From Candidatus Limnocylindria bacterium (GTDB lineage: Bacteria > Chloroflexota > Limnocylindria > QHBO01): 50,590 bases of DNA. The DNA lies in the NCBI GenBank assembly GCA_050695815.1, contig JBOGSW010000223.1, positions 1-50,590 of the forward strand. Reading direction: 5' to 3'. Positions 45,653 to 50,590 of the stretch are shown here, one piece after another (positions within the stretch are counted from its first letter, which is position 1; every line of letters begins with the position of its first letter). Under the pieces are notes generated by a model. That model was given only the letters and a program-made list of their open reading frames with translations, was not told where the DNA came from and ran no database searches. The position numbers and the translations under genes were made by a program.

Positions 45653-46557
45653 GCCACCGCACGCTCCAACGAACGCAGCGACTCTGCGCGGAGCGCCTCC
45701 GTACCGGCTTTTGCCGCGTATGTGAGCAATCCGGCCGCCAGGAAGACGGCGATGACCCGCGCGCGCAGCTCGGTCAGCCCGTCGACCGGCCCGTAGGCGT
45801 CGAGGAACGCGGCTCGCCCCGAACCGACGAACGCCCCGTACGCGATCGAAAGGTCGGCCGATGGGTCGCCGCGCGAGACGTCGCCCCAATCGATGACCCC
45901 GCTCGCCTGACCAGCCTCATCCACCAGCACGTGGCGCACGTGAAGGTCGCCGTGCGAGACGAGGGTGCGAGAAGGCGCCGGCAGACCGGTCGCCTCGGCG
46001 AGGAGCCGCTCGACCGCATCTGTCGGCTGCCACAGCCCCGCGGCAACGACCTCGTCCAGCCGCCGGCGCGCGTACGGGATGCGCATGCTCATGTCGTTGC
46101 GGCGCATCGGATCCACCGGCAGATCGCCACCAACCAGGCGCGACACGCGCGACGAATGCAGTGCGCGCAGGAAGCTGCCCAGCGCGGTCGCCAGGTCGGC
46201 GCGGCGCTCGTCGGGCAGCCCCGACTCTGCCAGCTCGACGCCGGGCAGCCAGGCGGCTCCGAACCAGGGCCAGGGATAGTCGTCGGCCGGCGTACCGATG
46301 AAGCGCGGCTCCGGGATCGGTAATGGCACGTGGGTCGTCAGGCGGCCGAGCGTCCGGGTCTCGCGATGAACGCCCGGGACGGCGATCGCGCGGCGTGGAA
46401 AGCGGAACGCCCACTCGCCATCGACGCGGAAGACGACGTTGTCCCAGCCCGAGGCGGCCTCGGTGACGCTCGCGCCACGGAACTCGGGAAACTGCGACTC
46501 GATCAGCGCGCGGGCACGGTCCGCGTCGACCTCGACCTCGGGGTCCCACTCGGGCAT
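45649..46557 (-). CDS. Aminoglycoside-phosphotransferase (APH)-family kinase
   Basis: ASGWDNVVFRV, catalytic HGDLHVRHVLV, and IDWGDVSRGDPSADL. ATG at 46557. Confidence 0.8.
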   Translation of the reverse strand: MPEWDPEVEVDADRARALIESQFPEFRGASVTEAASGWDNVVFRVDGEWAFRFPRRAIAVPGVHRETRTLGRLTTHVPLPIPEPRFIGTPADDYPWPWFGAAWLPGVELAESGLPDERRADLATALGSFLRALHSSRVSRLVGGDLPVDPMRRNDMSMRIPYARRRLDEVVAAGLWQPTDAVERLLAEATGLPAPSRTLVSHGDLHVRHVLVDEAGQASGVIDWGDVSRGDPSADLSIAYGAFVGSGRAAFLDAYGPVDGLTELRARVIAVFLAAGLLTYAAKAGTEALRAESLRSLERAVA

Positions 46558-46586
46558 GTCGGCGACCTTACCGGAGCCTCTCGGTG

Positions 46587-48620
46587 CTACGCGACCCGCT
46601 TCGTCTTCTTGTTGACGTAGTCGACCAGCACGTACTCGCCGAGGTGCTCGGGCTCGACATAGAACGCGCGCCCGCGGTTGATGCGCGACATGAGGTCGAC
46701 GAACTCGCTCAGATAGCGCGACCGCTCGAGCATGAACGTGTTGATGACGATCCCCTCGCGTGTGCATCGGCCCACCTCGCGCAGCGTGGACTGGACCGTG
46801 CGCAGCGTGGGCGGGTAGGCGAACTCGACCTGGCCCGACTCGATATGTGCCGTGGGCTCGCCATCGGTGATGACGACGACCTCCTTGTTGCCACCGGTGG
46901 ATCGGCCCAGCAGCTGGCGCGCGATGATCAGGGCATGCTGGAGGTTCGTGCCGTACTCGAACTCGTAGGGGCTCAGGGTCGGGATCGTCTCGGGCTTCAG
47001 CTGGCGCGCGTAGTAGGCGAAGCCGACCACGTACAGCCGATCGCGTGGGTACTTCGTATGGATGAGGGTGTGCAGCGCCATCGCCACCCGCTTGGCCGCC
47101 GATGAGCAGCCGCGCAGCAGCATCGATCGGCTCATGTCGAGCAGCAGGACCGTGCTCGACACGGTGGTCTCCTCGCTGCGCGAGACCTCGAAATCGTCGG
47201 GTCGCATGGCAACGGGCGTGCCCGGGCCGCCGCGCGCCATGGCGTTGAAGAGGGTGCGGTTGATGTCGACGGCGAAGGCGTCGCCGAACTCGTAGGGCTT
47301 GGTCTCCTCGGTCGGCTCGCCGCCCCGACCGGGACGCGGCAGTGCGTGACCGCCGAAGCCCTCGCGCCGCAGGCGACTGAAGATGTCGGTCAGGGCCCGC
47401 ATGCCCAGCTTGCGCGCGGCGCGCGGCGTGAGCTCCAGGTGGCCGCCGTCGCGATCGAGGTAGCCGGCGTCCTCCAGGGCTCGCGTCAGCTCGCGGAGCT
47501 GGTCGAGGTCGTCGATCGCGTCGTCGCCGGCCAGGTCGCGCAGCGCATCGGCGTCGACCTTCTCGAGCGCGTCGGGATCGCGCGCCGCGCCGAGCGCCTC
47601 CTCCATGGCGTCGTACTGCTGCTGCCGGTCGATCGCGGCCAGCGCGTCGGGCAGGCCCATCGGCTCATCGCCGTCGAAGGGATACGGCTCTCCAAACGGC
47701 AGGTCGGGGCGTGCGGCCTGGAGGTTCCCGGCCAGCCGCGCCATGTCGATCTTCAGCCGATCGTCGCGCAGCAGATCGTCCATCAGCTCGCGCAGCTCGT
47801 CGCGCATCTGGGGGCTCATGCTGTTCATCAGCGAGGCCATCTGCGAGGCCCGGCGATGGAGGTGCTCGATCAGCTCATCGGTGTCATTGATGCCGGGCGG
47901 GAAGTACCGCCCGTGCTTCGCCATGAAGGCGTTGAAGTCGTCTGTGGTATCGGTTCCGGAGGCATGCTTCTCGAGGAGCGCGTTGAGGTCGCGGACCATG
48001 TCGCGAACGCCGTTGAGATCCTCCGGCGTGATGCCCTGGACGCCCTCCTTCATGCCCTGGAAGTAGGTCTGGAGCATCTGCTGCCGGAGCTCGTCGCTGA
48101 GCTCGTTGAAGGCGTCGCGGGCCTCGTCGTCCATGAACTCGTAGTCGCTGAGCCCGTGGAGACGGCCGGCCAGGTTCGGCGGCAGGGCGTCGAGGCGATA
48201 CTCCTTCTGGCGCGCGGTGCGGCGCATGACCTGCTCGGCCATGCGGGCCTGGTCCTGGTCGGGGCCGGGAGGCGCGTCGAGAGCGCGCTGCTCGGCCTCC
48301 TTCGTGCGACGCTCGATGCCGGCTCGCTCCTGGTCGAGGATCCTCTCGAGGCGCTCGTTCAGGTCGTCCAGGACGCCCTCGAGGTTCGCCCCCTCCAGCT
48401 CAGCCTGGCGCCGGGCGCGGAGGCGCTCCATGATCCGCCGCAGGCCCGGGATGTCGCCGCCTCGCGCGCCTCGCAGCCCGCGCTGCATCAGGCGCTGGAG
48501 CGCTCGACGGACGTCCCCCTCGGCCAGGATGTCGTCGGACAGCGCGTCGAGCACGTCGTCCGCGTCGAACGCAGGCAGCTGCTGGCTGCCATCCCATCGG
48601 CTGTAGCGGAAGGTACTCAT
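46587..48620 (-). CDS. VWA-domain protein with long helical N-terminal region
   Basis: N-terminal MSTFRYSRWDGSQ. C-terminal VWA MIDAS region VLLLDMSRSM...VVVITDGEPT. Confidence 0.8.
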   Translation of the reverse strand: MSTFRYSRWDGSQQLPAFDADDVLDALSDDILAEGDVRRALQRLMQRGLRGARGGDIPGLRRIMERLRARRQAELEGANLEGVLDDLNERLERILDQERAGIERRTKEAEQRALDAPPGPDQDQARMAEQVMRRTARQKEYRLDALPPNLAGRLHGLSDYEFMDDEARDAFNELSDELRQQMLQTYFQGMKEGVQGITPEDLNGVRDMVRDLNALLEKHASGTDTTDDFNAFMAKHGRYFPPGINDTDELIEHLHRRASQMASLMNSMSPQMRDELRELMDDLLRDDRLKIDMARLAGNLQAARPDLPFGEPYPFDGDEPMGLPDALAAIDRQQQYDAMEEALGAARDPDALEKVDADALRDLAGDDAIDDLDQLRELTRALEDAGYLDRDGGHLELTPRAARKLGMRALTDIFSRLRREGFGGHALPRPGRGGEPTEETKPYEFGDAFAVDINRTLFNAMARGGPGTPVAMRPDDFEVSRSEETTVSSTVLLLDMSRSMLLRGCSSAAKRVAMALHTLIHTKYPRDRLYVVGFAYYARQLKPETIPTLSPYEFEYGTNLQHALIIARQLLGRSTGGNKEVVVITDGEPTAHIESGQVEFAYPPTLRTVQSTLREVGRCTREGIVINTFMLERSRYLSEFVDLMSRINRGRAFYVEPEHLGEYVLVDYVNKKTKRVA

Positions 48621-48696
48621 GCGGTCCTCAGCCTAGGCCGATGTCGCACGGCCGTCCACGAGCCTCGCTCCTGCCGCTCGCCCGCCGCCTCGCCGC

Positions 48697-48732
48697 CGCC
48701 GCCTCGTTTCCGCCGCCTCGTTTCCGCCGCCT
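48697..48732. repeat. 14-nt tandem repeat (2.6 copies)
   Basis: CGCCGCCTCGTTTC twice, plus CGCCGCCT, about 80 nt upstream of the VWA gene start. Confidence 0.8.
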
Positions 48733-48844
48733 ACCAATGGGGGTCGGCTAAGGCAACTCGATCCGCGAAATTGGTGCCACTCACCAACCACAACGGGGAT
48801 TTGGAGCGTGGGCGGCCACCACCGGTCGTCTCATGGCCCTGGCG

Positions 48845-48898
48845 CCTGGCTAAGCCGACGCTGGTTGGTGACTGGTGAGACTACCGGGTGGCGACAAC
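48845..48898 (+). repeat. Left direct repeat flanking the XRE gene
   Basis: CCTGGCTAAGCCGACGCTGGTTGGTGACTGGTGAGACTACCGG is about 80% identical to 49753-49796. An inverted partial copy lies at 48773-48796. Confidence 0.7.
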
Positions 48899-48960
48899 CC
48901 GATAACCCATCGGTAACCGGCTCGTAATCGCGGGTGCGCATCCTATCCGGCATGGATGAC

Positions 48961-49723
48961 ATGCGCCTCGGCCGTTCGATCCTCGTGCTACGACAGCGGC
49001 GCGGGTGGCGGCAGCAGGACCTGGCAGACCGATCCGGCATGAGCCAATCGGCGATCTCCGACATGGAGCGTGGCCGCATCGACCGGTACACGCTCCAGGC
49101 AGTTCGGCAGGTGCTTCGAGCGTTGGATGCATCGGTTAACCTGGATCCGATGTGGGGCGGTCGTGGCGACCTTGACCGCCTGCTGGACGCAGATCACGCG
49201 CGCCTGATGCAGGAGTGGGCGGACCGGCACCGCCGCAGTGGCTGGGACGTCTGGAACGAGGCGAGCTATAGCATCTTCGGCGAGCGCGGACGGATCGACC
49301 AGCTGGCCTTCCATCCGGGCGCGAGCGTGCTGGAGGTGACCGAGATCAAGACAGGCATCTGGGACGTCCAGGACACGCTCGGACGGCTGGATGCCAAGAT
49401 CCGTTTGGCAGCGCGCGTCGCGGCGGAACGGGGGTGGAGGGCCGATTGGGTCGTCGGAGCCCCTGGTGGTCATGGACGGGACGACCTCGCGACGCAGAAT
49501 TCAAGCGCACGACGACCTGTTCGCGCGGTACTCGCTGCGTGGTCACGCCGCCCAAGCGTGGGTGCGCAATCCGCGTCCAGGCGTGGGAGGCCTGCTCGTC
49601 TTCATCCCGTTGCCACGTACCAGTCGCAGCGGGCTTAGGCGAGCCGGCCAGCGCCGCGTGCGACCCGCACGGAACTCGCCAAGCGTGGGCGACGCACCGG
49701 AAAGCCGCAATTCCAGTCCCTGA
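48961..49723 (+). pseudogene. XRE-family HTH protein with PD-(D/E)xK-like C-terminal domain, interrupted by a +1 frameshift
   Basis: HTH LRQRRGWRQQDLADRSGMSQSAISDMERG. RIDQLAF...LEVTEIK is nuclease-like. The frame changes at the CCCC run (49460-49463); removing one C gives ...WVVGALVVMDGTTSRRRIQAHDDLFARY..., ending at 49723. Confidence 0.55.
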
Positions 49724-49752
49724 TTAGTATGCCGTGAGAACCAGACGCGCGA

Positions 49753-49815
49753 CCTGGTCTAAGCCAACGGTGGTTGGTCAGTGGCGAGATCACCGGCGTT
49801 GTCAGTGGCGAAAAC
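49753..49815 (+). repeat. Right direct repeat flanking the XRE gene
   Basis: CCTGGTCTAAGCCAACGGTGGTTGGTCAGTGGCGAGATCACCGG, followed by a second CAGTGGCGA. Confidence 0.7.
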
Positions 49816-49878
49816 TCGACGGAAGGGTGCCGACCCCGAGCCCGGCTGCCTGAAAGCAGGACGGCCCGCGGGGTTGGC

Positions 49879-50439
49879 TCAGGGGTCGACGAGGTCCGAC
49901 AGCGAGATCGGCTCCGCAGGCGGCGCATCCCCGTCATCGGTCAGGCGCATGCCGTACCAGGCGACATCCTGCCAGGCGCCGAACTTGTACCCGACGCGTT
50001 CGTAGACGCCCACGCGGCGCATGCCGATCGACTCGTGGAGCGCAACGCTCGCCGGGTTGGGCAGCGCGATCCCGGCATAGACGTTGACGAAGCCCTGCCG
50101 GCGCAGGATGGCGAGCAGCTGGTCGTACAGGCGCCGGCCGATCCCGAGCCCATGGAAGCCTTCGGCCACGTAGACGGAGATGTCGACCGACCACCGGTAG
50201 CCGGCGCGCTCGCGATGCTTCCCCGCATACGCGTAGCCGACCACGTGGTTCGGCTCCTCGGCCACGAGCCACGGGGTGTGGGCGAGGATCCGGCGCATCC
50301 GATCCCCCATCTCGGCGGCATCTGGCGCCATCTCTTCGAAGGAGGCCGTCGACGCCAGCACGCTGTGGGAATAGATCGCCGCGACGCTCGGGGCATCCCG
50401 CGCCGGATCGGCGATTCGGATCCGTCCGGACCAGCTCAT
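49879..50439 (-). CDS. GNAT N-acetyltransferase (phosphinothricin/L-amino-acid acetyltransferase-like)
   Basis: IRIADPARDAPSVAAIYSHSV...VVGYAYAG...FHGLGIGRRLY...ALHESIGMRRVGVYERVGYKFGAWQDV. Confidence 0.85.
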   Translation of the reverse strand: MSWSGRIRIADPARDAPSVAAIYSHSVLASTASFEEMAPDAAEMGDRMRRILAHTPWLVAEEPNHVVGYAYAGKHRERAGYRWSVDISVYVAEGFHGLGIGRRLYDQLLAILRRQGFVNVYAGIALPNPASVALHESIGMRRVGVYERVGYKFGAWQDVAWYGMRLTDDGDAPPAEPISLSDLVDP

Positions 50440-50590
50440 CGGCGCATGGTGGACGCTGAAAGGCCGGGCGTGGGTCGGCCAGGCCCGGCCTCATCGGTCC
50501 TGGGGTTGTGCACGACGCACAACCCGGGAAGGCTCGCTAGGCCCGGCGCGCGCTGAAGCCGCGAACCGCCACGGATGCGGCCAGCAGGCC

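Noticed and set aside
48697-48732. Short tandem repeats (also 41187-41228) considered as CRISPR arrays
   Set aside because: The units are 14 nt, directly abutting, with no spacers and only 2-3 copies. This is not CRISPR architecture.
10492-48878. Many other long ORFs in the track (for example 10492-11736, 13417-14544, 14093-15580, 21256-22320, 21552-23147, 23997-25373, 25354-26640, 26511-28283, 27424-28905, 29610-31061, 33579-35534, 34426-36858, 36951-38072, 38269-39483, 40749-41933, 43709-45001, 47346-48878)
   Set aside because: Each overlaps, antisense or out of frame, a gene with clear family motifs. All have Arg/Pro/Gly/Ala-rich low-complexity translations and no SD-start context. They are treated as GC-driven artefacts.

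Overview
High-GC window (about 65-70% by eye), densely coding, with gene content typical of Actinomycetota or related Terrabacteria. I found one RNA gene, tRNA-Glu(CUC) on the minus strand at 21156-21232, and no rRNA or CRISPR array. The left 21 kb looks accessory. The 3' end of the tRNA, its terminator hairpin and GAGGGTAC motifs recur four more times in the same orientation, at about 1-240, 2689-2779, 4386-4539 and 18680-18918. These copies cut the region into four segments that carry no integrase. The segments hold regulators (LuxR-TM, TetR, a LAL-type LuxR ATPase), a P-type ATPase, several alpha/beta hydrolases, a Moco-oxidoreductase/FAD-reductase/DUF6510 trio, a decayed IS3 transposase and a lower-GC two-gene module of unknown function next to the tRNA. 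I read this as tandem accretion of integrative elements at tRNA-Glu, with attP-like internal junctions, but a dispersed-repeat explanation is not excluded. The right 29 kb is mostly metabolic or housekeeping: a Usp-Usp-Rieske fusion, DUF1015, queG, a GAF histidine kinase, two paralogous FG-GAP-like anchored exoproteins flanking acetoacetyl-CoA synthetase and an acyl-CoA dehydrogenase, a potABCD-like polyamine transporter with a class-III aminotransferase, a receiver-only response regulator, a BFD-type [2Fe-2S] protein, flavin reductase, DppA, an APH-family kinase, a VWA protein with no ATPase partner, a repeat-flanked and frameshifted XRE/nuclease-like gene, and a GNAT. No canonical defence, CRISPR or secondary-metabolite system is recognisable. 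The most unusual items are the tRNA-derived junction repeats, the module next to the tRNA and the repeat-flanked XRE gene. All calls come from reading the sequence and the ORF track by eye; no searches were run.
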